A stretch of 60,097 nucleotides of DNA, the filler included. It is 5 parts of 5 records of this genome, joined end to end, with 100 filler letters (N's around TTAATTAATTAA, not from the genome) between each part and the next. Parts side by side here need not be neighbours in the genome. Positions count along the whole stretch, not along the records: positions 1 to 10,773 come from DRR378314_1861; positions 10,874 to 29,492 come from DRR378314_1866; 3 more parts are not named here. One strand, written 5' to 3'. A program made the translations under genes and the position numbers. Under the pieces are notes generated by a model that was given only the letters and a program-made list of their open reading frames with translations, had not been told where the DNA came from and searched no databases. Shown piece by piece: positions 10,511 to 22,200 of the stretch. The number at the start of each line of letters is the position of its first letter. Within the stretch, counting starts at the first letter, position 1.

Positions 10511-10622
10511 GGTATAACTCCTAAAATTTAACCAGAATCAGGGCTGTTTTTGAGGAATTAAAAGCGCCACCAAGCGCCAGGCGGACGCAACCACGCCCAC
10601 CTCTTATTTGGTGTGTTTATTC

Positions 10623-10773
10623 ATTCTCTCTCATCCGGACTATCACCGTCGGCTCTGGCATCAGACCAGATCTGCTGACCTCGACGAATCGAGCGCTCGT
10701 GGGCTCACGTGGAGGCTGTCAATAAACAGCACCATGTCTACCACCGGTGGGGAATTGCACCCCGCCCTGAGAA
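10623..10773 (-). promoter_or_regulatory. FMN (RFN) riboswitch upstream of ribB
   Basis: Minus strand reads TTCTCAGGGCGGGGTGCAATTCCCCACCGGTGGT...AGCCCACGAGCG...GTCAGCAGATCTGGT...CCAGAGCCGACGGTGATAGTCCGGATGAGAGAGAAT, the canonical RFN consensus; 5' end sits at the contig edge. Confidence 0.96.
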
Positions 10774-10873
10774 NNNNNNNNNNNNNNNNNNNNNNNNNNN
10801 NNNNNNNNNNNNNNNNNTTAATTAATTAANNNNNNNNNNNNNNNNNNNNNNNNNNNNNNNNNNNNNNNNNNNN
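10774..10873. other. Artificial contig-joining spacer
   Basis: N-run + TTAATTAATTAA (stops in all six frames) + N-run, 100 nt. Confidence 0.98.
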
Positions 10874-11396
10874 GCGGCACTTTGACTACGTCCGACTGCG
10901 CAGCAACTAGCGGAATCGAAGCGCAACGCAGGTTCGTGCGAATCTTGCCGCCGAGCGGAGCGCTGGGCGCTTCCCTCACGCACGCGGTGTCTCCAGACAA
11001 AGGACGCTACTTGCACCTTCAGCACAGTGCTTGCTAATGAAGAGCGAACGCTTGCTCCCGCATCCGCTTGTAAAAAATAATGGTTAGGGTTAAAACGTAT
11101 ACATTGGAGGTAAAATAGGAGTTTCTGCAGTCCTGAAACGACCGGCAGGCGCGTGTGCGCTCCCTGTAAAGCGAAACCGCGGGAGTCGCAGAGCGCGCGG
11201 AAACAAGCGTGCGCGTTGCGCAGCGTTGGCGCACAGCTCTGTCCTACATTTGGCGCGAACCCCTTCCCTTTGCGTGAGGTCCCTGCTGGCAGTATGGAAT
11301 GTTCAATACAATGTCGTACGCGCGCGACTCGTCCGTTCCTGATTTGGCCCCGAATTCCCATTGTCCAGCATCTGCAGCGATTTTGTTGCTGACAGC

Positions 11397-12812
11397 ATGC
11401 CTGCGGTACAGGTTACGCTCGAGAGCGTGGAGATTGCGCCCGAGCGAGCTTCGCTCACCGACGGAGTCCGTGTATTACTCGGCTTCCATGTACCAGAGGC
11501 TGTGAATAATGTGCGGTGGGCACTCAAGGTACGCGTCAAGACCATGACTAGCGCTGTCAATTGGGCCATGCCCCAGCTTTACCACCTTTTGCGCGCGGGC
11601 GGCTGCTCACTTTCTCAACGGCGTGTATTCTCGCGCAGTAGCCGCGTTTGTACCACGGCGCCAGCTGCATGCCCTCGCGCTATTTTCGCAGGGCACCAAC
11701 CCAGCGCGTGCACGCGGACCTAATGCGCTCATGTCCTTGATATCGCGGTTATTTCCAGTATTTGGTCGACGTGACACATCATCGCCATATTGTCGGTTCG
11801 TTGCCGCGCAGAGACGGAGGCCGCCCTGCGCACGAGGCGCAAGGCGCTTGTGTCGTACAGCGCTCTGAGCGTTTCCACCACGCCGCCCGCTCGGATAGCT
11901 TGCCGTGCGGGCCGCACGTTTCTGTTGTTGCGCTGTTTGATTTCTACAAAAAAAATATGTCAGTCGATTTTCAATAAGATTGTGCAGTCGTCTTGGTTTG
12001 TTAGATTCGTGCTCTCTTTACACCATTGCGCGTACGCCTACAGTTCCTGTTTCCACCGCTGCTTGAGGCGATGACCGCTCTGCGCACTCGAGCTCCTGCT
12101 CAGCCGCGCGTTCCCACCGCACGCACGTATAGAGGAAGTACGTACCCAACCCCCCTTTCATGAATGGATACAGCATGCCCGCTAACTGTATCTTATTGTT
12201 TGCTGCTTGCGTTTCGCAGAACTCTCTGAGACCAGTTCTACGACGTACCCGGCCGGACGGCACACCGCAATCCTCGAGGTACAGGAAGCAGCGGGCTCTG
12301 CCCTGCACCTCTGACTCTGCGCCGCATTGCCTCGTGCCACCACCACCACCGGCAGTTCGCTCGACCCCGCGTGCGGGCAGTGGCCAAGTAACCTTTGGGT
12401 TCTTCTCTCCCTTCCTCCCTTTCTCTGTAATTACCGTAGGCGCAGAAGCTTGCGTTGGAGAGCATGAGCGAGAGTAAATTACTGAATACGGGCCTTTTAA
12501 TCGCGGTATTACTGCAAGGTATGCGCTGATGCTGCGAGTCGTGCTCGTACATACAGCAGCAGGTTCACAGGGAGGAGCGAAGCGCGTGTGCGCGCGTTTC
12601 GGGATCCGTATCTGCAGCGCCAATGTTCCGACAGCGCTCGCATGTGCAATGGATGCGATTGTTCACCTCATAATTGTATGGGTTCGCTTGTGAACTGCTT
12701 CCTTGCTTTCCAAATAGGGGAGGAGGAGATTTTCCAGGTCTCCATGGTATGCCAGGTGAACCGAGACCGCGCTGGCGTGCTCCAGCGTACTCTATTCAGT
12801 CCACTCGAGTAG
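11397..12812 (+). CDS. Spliced eukaryotic gene, 5 exons (11397-11528, 11759-11795, 12220-12278, 12440-12518, 12718-12812), 133-aa ASF1-fold-like protein
   Basis: All introns GT..AG with consistent phases; joined ORF of 402 nt: MPAVQVTLESVEIAPERASLTDGVRVLLGFHVPEAVNNVRWALKYLVDVTHHRHIVELSETSSTTYPAGRHTAILEAQKLALESMSESKLLNTGLLIAVLLQGEEEIFQVSMVCQVNRDRAGVLQRTLFSPLE; resemblance to ASF1 judged by eye. Confidence 0.75.
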
Positions 12813-13690
12813 CGGCCGCACCAGTGCTTCTCGATAAGCACCTTCATTGTGCAGCATTACTGCGCATTGGAGATAGAATCTTCAAATATTTTATCAGAAA
12901 TACAGAATATAAGATACTTCTTTTTTATGTCATTGCAATGACGGGGCCTCCTGATGCTCGCTGGCACGCGCACAAAACGCTGGATGGCCGAAGCAGAAAT
13001 GCAACTCTGCGTTGTTGAGTGAGCCCAGGGCCTGCCAGGGGCTGCCAAGCGCGCCAGCGCACACCGGACCGGACGCGCGCTGTCTCTTCTGAAAAGCAAT
13101 AGCCCTTAATACTACAACGGACTCTCGGAGAAGATGATAGACTTTTTTCTCGTCCGTGCGAAGAATACGCTACGAAAGCAAAGAGGTGCTAGGCTGCGTG
13201 CGCACCTCTTCCTTTCCGAGCGGGCAAGCCTGACGGCGGTATCGAGCTCAACTCTAACTCGCACTTCTGTTTCGCAAGTCAGGAAGCTCCCAGCTCTCGC
13301 TCCGGCGTTGCCCGGATGGATAACCTACGCGCTTACTTTAGGCGCTACTTACTCCTCCTGCTTCGCATTCGCTCCATCAGATATATGGCTGGCATCTCCA
13401 GAACGCTGGTATTCAAAAAAAAGTGCTTTTCTTGCGGCAGAAGCGCCCGCATCCTGCCAAGCAGCAGAGGCGCCGGGGTCCACGCAGGAAGGTAACTGGA
13501 CAGCGTGCAAGGCTGGGGACCTAGGTTGCCGTGAAATTTCAACTCCGCGCGCTGCCATCTTGCTGTTCTTTGCTCCCGTTCGCCAACGCGCCAGCTTCCA
13601 ACGCAACAGCGCCGTCGGACGGAAAGAAATTTCCCCGAACGTCGTCGTCTCGCCGACAGACGAGCGAATGTGCTAGCGCGAGCGAACACC

Positions 13691-15470
13691 ATGGCAATAC
13701 ATCGCCGGTATCGCTGCGCTAGCGCCGATGCGGCGACAGATGTGGCGCTGTACTTGGTCACTGTTGCACTGCTCGCGCTTCCAGGCGCTTTTGCGATTCG
13801 AGCGGAAGAGCCCGTGCAAATGTCGCTGCGAACCATGAACAGCGAGGTACGAGCCGCTGCGGAAAGGCGCCAACGCTGCAGCAAATACCCGCAAATATCT
13901 ACTCCAAAGCATGAACACATTGTAACGTGCGGGAGGGATAAGCCCGCTCTACGTTCGGCAGTGGGCCACGCGCTCACAAAGTGCGACCCCTCTGCGCCTC
14001 CAGGGAATCTCCGTGTGGCAGAGTGTGTTCGCTGAAAAGAGCCCCACGTTTCGGCGTGACTCCGAGGCAGATCTTCCGTGGCCTCGCGGACAAGTACCGG
14101 ATAAAGTGTACGTGCGCGTGCTCGCATCAATCATAGCAAAAATAATACGTATCGACAAAAGCTACGGGGTACTCGAGGTTGGAGGAACTTGCGCAGCGTT
14201 GCACGTTCCAACGCGGATGCTGGTTGAACCGGAGAGGGCTTCATGGCAGAAGTGCTGTTGTTTTCTGCAAAATCTGCAGCACCTCGCTGGAACGAGCCCA
14301 GCCCTGCCTTTCCATAGCCTTTTGCTTCGGCTCGTCAATCTGCGATTCCTTGCCCTCGTGTCTTCTAAATTTTCCGTATTTTGGATTTCTCGCTTTTTTT
14401 GGCGTGGCGGCGACCGTGTGGGTGCTGCAGTGCCTTTTCTTTTTCGCGAGGACAACACGCAACAACCTGGATCGCGACGAGGGAGTCTGCAGCAAGAGAC
14501 AGTGCCGTCCTTGACGCTATTGCGTTCACCTTTTTCACAGACGGAGACGGAATCAGTCGCATCGCATGGAGTACGCAATGTATGCCGCAGTTAGTAGGCC
14601 AAATGTATTCATACTTGCGTACGTCCTGCTGGAAGCCCCTCTGGATCTGCTCGCAACGTCCGCGGCGCAGCAGCGTCAGCCGCCCAAACCCATACAGCCC
14701 GAGCTCTGTTTCCGACGATGCACCTCACTAATCTACGCTCCTCGCTCGGTTCGCGACTGCGCGTCGTCGCTGCTGCTTGCAGACACCTCCCCCAAACAGG
14801 ATGACAAGCTTGCTCCTATCAGAGCAAAATTCCAGTGGGTTGAGGTATGTGCAGTAGCAAAGAGGGTCGTCTCCCGCGCCCGGCCCGCTGCACACGTCTC
14901 CGCCTTGCCCTGCTCGCATGAGTTGCTGCCGCGCCAGTAACGAACCTTGCCGCACGTGAGTAGATGCGGTGTCGCGACCCACGCAGAGGCAACTGCGACG
15001 CGCTGCGATGTTTCGCATCGTCACTCATGCCTATATATTACTCATACTGTACATTTTGCGGATGGAAAATGACAGGAAGTGCCCGTCGATGAGTACGCAG
15101 GGGAGACAACACTGCTCCTGCTAACGACGGCGCTCGGTGCCTGGATCATGGCAGGTACGACCTGCGCAACTCGCACCTCGCCGTGCCTTGCTCCGCTCCC
15201 CGTTGCGTACACAGCGCACCATAGGAACTGTCCGCGCGAAAGTGGTACTTCGCTCGATTTGAATGGCTCCCGCAGACCGCGTGTCCACTGCCCTATTCAC
15301 GTACAGAGATTATCGCTGTCGTTTTGAACTGCTGCCCGCGCGAGCGTGAGATGGTTGCCTCAGATGAGCCGCGAACGGCTACGACCACATTCTGTTTCGT
15401 GTGCGCAGCTCTCCTCTGCGGTGACACAGGCGAATGGAAGGATGAACAAGGCTATCGCTTAAGCTCATGA
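13691..15470 (+). CDS. Spliced eukaryotic gene, ~6 exons (13691-13846, 14004-14107, 14431-14579, 14783-14844, 15076-15154, 15409-15470), ~203-aa membrane protein resembling the plant NPU (At3g51610-like) family
   Basis: GT..AG boundaries with consistent phases; N-terminal hydrophobic signal, IRAEEPVQMS..SVWQSVFAEKSPTF.., KFQWVEEVPVDEYAG followed by a TM; last exon and the exon-3 donor are uncertain. Confidence 0.6.
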
Positions 15471-18400
15471 TCCCACAGGGTAGATGATGATGCAGCTCGC
15501 GAAGAAAGGAGTGGATAGCCTTTGTGCGGAGAAAGAGGAGGCGCACGTGTTGTTGCGCAGTCGACTACTCTGCGTCTCTCGGAGCTGTGTTTGAGGGGAT
15601 GAACAGAGTCCCGACGCGTCTCGTGTCTCTCGATTGCTCTTTGTCTGTGCCACACAATCGTCTTCCCGCGCGTCTGTCTGCAGGTATACAATATATGAAT
15701 TCTATGTAAATCTGCACAGAAAAACCTGCGGCTTTTGAGGGTATTTCGCGCGCGTACGCATGGCCCTCGCATTCTGCCGCGTGCCGCTGTGTTGCGCAGC
15801 CTGGCCAGCACGTCTCCAGTGCAAAGCACAGTACTGCGACACGCATTACGTCGAGCAGAACGCCGCCAGTAAGAACGACAACCTGCACCCATATTCACCT
15901 CAGATTGTCATTCTCCTCGCCGAGTACAGCACCCACTGTTGCACGAACTTCAACGCGTTCCGATGGCAAGTGGAGCACCGTGAAAATCGAACGCCCCCCC
16001 CAAAAAAAAAAAGCTGCAGGCATCCATTATCTTGCAAGTGTGCGTGCTAGCCTTGCCGCCCCAGCAGCCTTCAGCAATCGCTGTCCCTTCTACTCGATGA
16101 ATGCGGGAAGCCTGATAGCTAGGGTTCCACTGTGCATGCTCCGAAGCGGAGGTGACACACGTGGCGTCAGTGCTCAGGGATAGAGAGGCAGCATACGCGC
16201 ACAGGATGGCTACATAGAATATGCTGATGTGAAATCCCCGACATACTTGCCACACATGGCAACGCAGGGGAATGGCTGTTCCGACTTAATGCAGCAGTCA
16301 ACAAACGCAAGCTCTCTTCTCTCCTTGCAAGCATACATTCAATCGCAACGCATGACGGCCGAATCTGACAACACGGAGAGCAAAGTGTGCGTCATGCATC
16401 AGTGCTGTCCCGTTCCCCTTGAACGTGCCAGCACAACTCGTGCCGCAGATCGTCCAAAGCCTATGCAACCTTGAGCACAAAAACGATGCACACCACATTA
16501 CACCCGTAACACTGACATAAAGCATACAAAAGTGCAATGGGCCCTGAAAGAGGGCATTCTTTCTTTGATGATAAGTTGACCGAACGATGAGACGTGCCAC
16601 CTTCCTCGCGTCAGGCGTCCCAATCATTCTGCGGTAGCCACAGCAGAGCTGACTCGTCTATTTTCGCAAGCGGGTAGCGCATTTCCACCAGAGCCCGCCG
16701 CTTGCACCGAATACGAGCATACCTTGCCGAGATTCACATCAACGAATCTGACTCTTCATCATAAGGGTACCGTTTTGTCAATCATGTTTGTGGCACTGCC
16801 ATTGCATCGCGCAGTGAGTCGACCTTTCAGCCCAGGGAAAAGCGCAACAGTTTCCGCCGTGAAACGAAAGCCCTGGCTGACGCACTCGAACTGAAAATCG
16901 GTGACGCACAACACCAGGGCGCATCGGAGTGCCATCATCTCAACGAGAAAAGTATCTCTCATGATGATTTATGGAACACGTCTCAAAAAAGCTCTTATCA
17001 GCAACGACTAGCTGACTCGTGCAGGACTGGCTCGCGCAGCGCGCCAACGAGGGAAAGGGAGCGCGGCGCCATCGCAAGGCCCTTACTTGCCGAGGACACA
17101 TCATCCGATGCAGCCACATCGGACTCTAACAGCACGCTCAGTAGTGATGATACAGACCGACGACACACTAACACAAGGCATGCAGGCTCGCGGAGAATAG
17201 GACTCGAGTGCGCATCCGGAGCGAGCACGGTTGCCCCATTACCCGCTGGTGATACCCTGGACGTCGCGAGGCAGGCAGGTGAGAAACTGTTGGTCTTCTG
17301 TCGTGCTCAGAAAGCGCTGTTCTCAAGCCAAAGCTCTTACAAAGCCTGTGATTCATTACTTCATCAAAACAACAATCCCATACGTTTGTAAACGATACGA
17401 TAGCGAGCTATATCGGCTTGTAGTAGAATATTTGCATCGTTAGGTAGGCGACAACTTCAGGAAAAAGGGCATTGTATTTCTTCGCGCCTGCCGGCTGACA
17501 GGCAACTCTCACGTCGCCACCTACATAGAAGACGGCGCATACTTCGCAGTACTATAGATGTGCACCCCACCACTTCAAAACATAGCTCACACCTATGGTA
17601 AAGATACCTACTATATACTGACCTACCGCCCAATGACAACATCTTGACCCTTCTACAATATTTACTGCAGACAATTGGGAGCTTCACTCTTGTAGTAGGT
17701 ACGCGACGGAAAGGAGCTCCTGCGGAGCAAAAAATGTGCCCCGTACCATGGTTGGCAGCATCGTATGGACATTCGCTGGACCAGAAGAACAGCTGTGGCG
17801 CAGTAGAGTTAGTAACACCTTGACCGGTCCAGTCTCTATATGGCAAGCCCAGCTTGGATATCCATGGGATACCGGCGACCCACGGGGCAGCAGTGAGGTG
17901 CGGGTATTCGGACCTCTGGCGGGAGAAGCGTGCTGTGCTCAACGGGTCGCCCTCTCATTGGCAACATCCCATGCTCGGTACAGCCCTCGAGCCTCATGAA
18001 TATGCGCCTGGGGTCGAAAACAAAACTGCTATTCCATCCTCCACAACGTAAGGGTGCAGCAAGCCACATTGCATTCCCTTGCGTTTGACAACATAGCTCA
18101 ACGTTGCCAAAAAGAAAACAGTATCGCAACGCGCGTTCCTGGCATCTCGCATGGCCCTGGTGCTTGGCGCTAGCTCGTGCCGGTGCAAAGGGGTGTTTGC
18201 ACCGCGAATGATTTATCGAGGCTCATCTACACTTTATTGTTGATGCATGTTGTCCGTGTGTGATACGTCCAGCAATAGCTCGGAACATTCAGTCGACGGG
18301 GTATCCTTGACCAGTCGCCTTCGCGCCCAACCACGCGCGAAAGCGGAACGCCGCCCATGGTTGGGAAACCATCGGGTTGGCAAATATCCCATACATTCAC

Positions 18401-19240
18401 CACGTTCACGACGATGGAGCGACTTGCAGCGGCTGCGCAGGGAACTTGAGCATGTGATAGATACCTTTTCCGATTAAATGAAAACCTGAGGGAAGAATAC
18501 AGAATCACTGGAAAGCGTACCCATCCCTTCCGCAGCCGCTGTCCCGTCTTTGCCGGAGCGGGGACGCAAGATGCCAGGTGTTTGCACCTTCACATCAGTT
18601 CCCTGCCAAATTGCAACATTCCATTTCATATAATCAAGCTTGGCGCTTACGGCACAATTAGAGATGAACTTACATCGATCCAGATTGCTATCGTGAGGCG
18701 TTCACGACTGCAAGGCCGCTGTAGAGCATACGTATTTCTGGTGCCAGCGACTCTTGCGCGAGAACTGCCATGCCGCTTTCCGCTTTCGGATGTCGCCGGT
18801 ACGCACGAGACTGGCGGCCTGCACGCACGTCGCCCGCATAGAGGGACAGCAGGTAAAAGATATGAACCCCTGTTTTCACCGCGAAAGCGGCACAGTGCAC
18901 AGCTCTGACGGAACTTCTGTAGCCCATACCAAAACCAAAACCAGGCGGATTGCTTGACATTTTAGGATATGGTTAAGCACTAGGTTTAGAATATTTCTTG
19001 TAGCAGAACTGTGCTGCAGAACTTTGTTGCGCTTGGTGTACGGCAGTTCTGGAAGTTTGCGCGCTTCGTGAGTGCCGGCGCGAGCACAGGAGACTCTTTC
19101 CGCCGGCTCGCATCTCTCTCCAATATCGAATAGTTTCTTACTGACATGCCCTCGTTGTAATCTGGATTGGCATACCAGGCTCTTGCCACCAGCTTGGTTC
19201 AACAGGAAGGGATCCGCACTGTACGAACCGTGCCCGTCCG

Positions 19241-22200
19241 ATGGATTCTGCGTACCACGCCTCCTCGTCCGCGCACCGCGCGAGCTCTTCAAGCACTTCA
19301 ACAGCTCCTCTCGGTGGCCGCCTCTCCGATTTTGATATTCTCGATACACTGGGAAAGGGAGCATATGGGATTGTATTTAAAGCGCAACGAAGAGGTACGA
19401 TTGTTGCGCACGTCTCGAGTGCAGAGGGGAAGAAATGTTGCGCCTGTTGCATCGGCGGCGTCCAGTCAGACGTCCGCACTCCGTCATCACAACCAGGCAG
19501 AAATGCGACAAAACGAAACACGAAGCGGAGAAAGTGCATTCCTTCTGTACATTGATTAACAGTCAGATGCCACTGCTGCAATATTTTCTACATTATTTCA
19601 TTCAGCATGTAATCCACCATAGTAGAGACACCCTCTCCAGCCCGCGCCACTGCAGTGCGGTACGCCTCGCGGCTTGGCCCGGCCGGCGAGTGGACTAGAC
19701 TGTCGAGAGGCGACCTGGAGCGCTCACGCCCTTCTCTCGCCGAGGCGACGATATGCAGGCACTCGCACGACATCTCGCCACAGAAGAATCCGATAAACTT
19801 CCTCCCAACTCTTCATCGCTATGCCCAGTCGCATCTTGTTCTGAATACTTGAAACCGCCATGCTGTCGGCTCCCTAATCTGGCTTACACCGTATCCACAC
19901 ATTCGTTGTACGTCACGTGCAATTCCTGTTCTCCTCGACCTCCAGACACGAAGCGGCTCTACGCGCTCAAACAGATCCATTGGTCCAGCCTCTCGCCCGG
20001 TGAACAAGACGATGCCATTCACGAAGCACATTTGCTCGCGTCCTTTGATTGCCCGTACATTACAAAGTACTACGATTCTTTCTTCGACGGAGACTCTTTA
20101 TGCATTGTGCTTGAGTACCTCGATGGTGGAACGCTGCAGGCTTACATCGCGGTACGTGCTCAAATTGTGAAGATGAGACGCGGAAAAGAAACAACACAAA
20201 ACGGATCGAAACAGCACGCAAACAATCGTGGCGGCAGGGAGCGCCGACGAAGCGGCAGGTCCCAGAGTTCGTCTGCCTTGCATTCTGATGACACCACAAG
20301 AAAGAATATTTACCATGTGTTACAATCATAAAAAGGAGCCCCAAATCATGCTCTTGTAAGGGATTTCACCAAATGCAACAGAACACACTGCGCCGAGGTT
20401 GTTTTGACCGACAACGTCACCACGTGCTCCCTGCCGTGTCCCTTGGTGGCTGCTTGCCTATGCAGTCGCGCGCAGCCCCGCTGCCGGATGCCGAAGTCTG
20501 GAGAGTGTTACTTCCACTCATTCTTGCGCTAGAGTACATACACGATCGGAATATTTTACACCGCGACGTAAAAAGTGAAAATATTTTTCTCGCAAGAAAC
20601 GGCGCTGTCAAGCTGGGAGACCTCGGAGTTGCGAAAGAGGTGCGAGGCACCTCGATGTGCGAATTTCTTCGCGCGTGAGAGAATCTTGTCGCCCTGTCGC
20701 GCGCTTGCATTTCTACCACTTTCTTCATGCCATGTTCATCTCGTATCGATCCCTTTACTGGTCTTTTGAAAATGTAAACCTCTGCCAAAAAAGAAAATAC
20801 TTTCGTAAGCCGTTTAGCTTCGCTGCCGCGAAATCTTGCCTATCTGGTAGGTGGCGTCGCGCGGACACGCCTCGACGATGGTTGGCACGCCACTATACCT
20901 CAGCCCCGAGGTCCGTTTCCTTCGCGACTGAGCTTTATTTATTTTTTTGGTTCCGTCGCACGCATGCTGTGCGCGCACGTTCGCAATATTTCTTTGTATG
21001 GAGAAGTGGAGGCGCCAAGACAAACTGGAAGTGGGGAAGGCGGAGGCGGTTCTCAGTATCGGCTCCGTGAGCGTAAAAGCGCAAGCGCGTATGTGTGTAC
21101 TAAAGCTTTGCCCACCCTCTTCTACTACTTCTTGCCTGGTATACATGCCAGCGCTTTGCGCCAAATGTAACGTCAACCCAAGAAACAAAAAATTATGGAT
21201 TTATGCGACAATTACATAGAGAAATGTCGACAAGAGGCGGTGTTGGGGAGATCGTCTCCAGAGCAAGGGCTAGACGCGTCGAGGCGAAACGCATCCTGCG
21301 ACGCCAAGTGTCCGACCAGGCGGGTCCCGCAAATCGAAATCTACTACGCAGTCCCCTGCTGCGCTTTGCATTGCTTACTTTTCTTTCTGCTCACAACATT
21401 TACCTTGATTGTTTACTTCTATTCACAGATGTGCGAAGGGAGCCATTACAATGCATCATCGGACATGTGGGCGCTGGGCTGCGTGGCGTTTGAATTGTGC
21501 ACGGGCGAGCATCCTTTCCGCGCGGGAAACCATGTGCGTGAACCCGTTTTCTGCGGAATGATATGCTCGCAGCGACAGAGACAAACTGCGCAAAAGAAAC
21601 TGTTTGCCTTGGAATTTGTAGGTGGTGTTCTTGTCCAAACAATTTCATACGCATGCCGATTTGGTTGACCGTCATAGCAATGCGCAATGGCTCCACAGAA
21701 TGCAGTAGAGATGCCCTACCATCTCCAGTAGATGTGAACACAACTGCGTCTCCACGCACGTTGGTGGCTACACACTTGTTGCGGACAGCGCCCAGTCTAC
21801 CTCGTCGCCGGAATTGCATCGTCCGCCCTAGCTTGCTGCATTTTGCTGTCGTTCTCATACACCGCATCATAACACGTTATGCTGCGTACGTGCAGGCGGC
21901 TGTGATCATGAAGATTTTGAAGGGGGAATGCGACTTTGCTCGATTATCTAGCCGCGTCGGCAAGGAGAGGGGAGCGCCACTTCGCGCCGTGATTCGCGAC
22001 TGTCTAGATCGCGACCCTACTCGACGACCTTCCGGTACGTCTGCACAACCACTTGTATTTTTGAAATCTTGATTCGCGCTCTCCTTTACTCAACGCAACC
22101 ATGTCCCATGTACTACAAGGTATTATATTAAAATGGGTTCTAGCCGTGCTATTGCACCTTTCGAGCTGTGCGCGCAGCAGGCAAAGTCTGGTGTTGAGGG

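Noticed and set aside
10818-10829. Repeated TTAATTAATTAA palindrome (four copies in the window)
   Set aside because: Assembly linker embedded in N-runs, not a biological repeat or att site.
11084-11092. TTAGGGTT telomere-like word
   Set aside because: Single copy with no tandem array.
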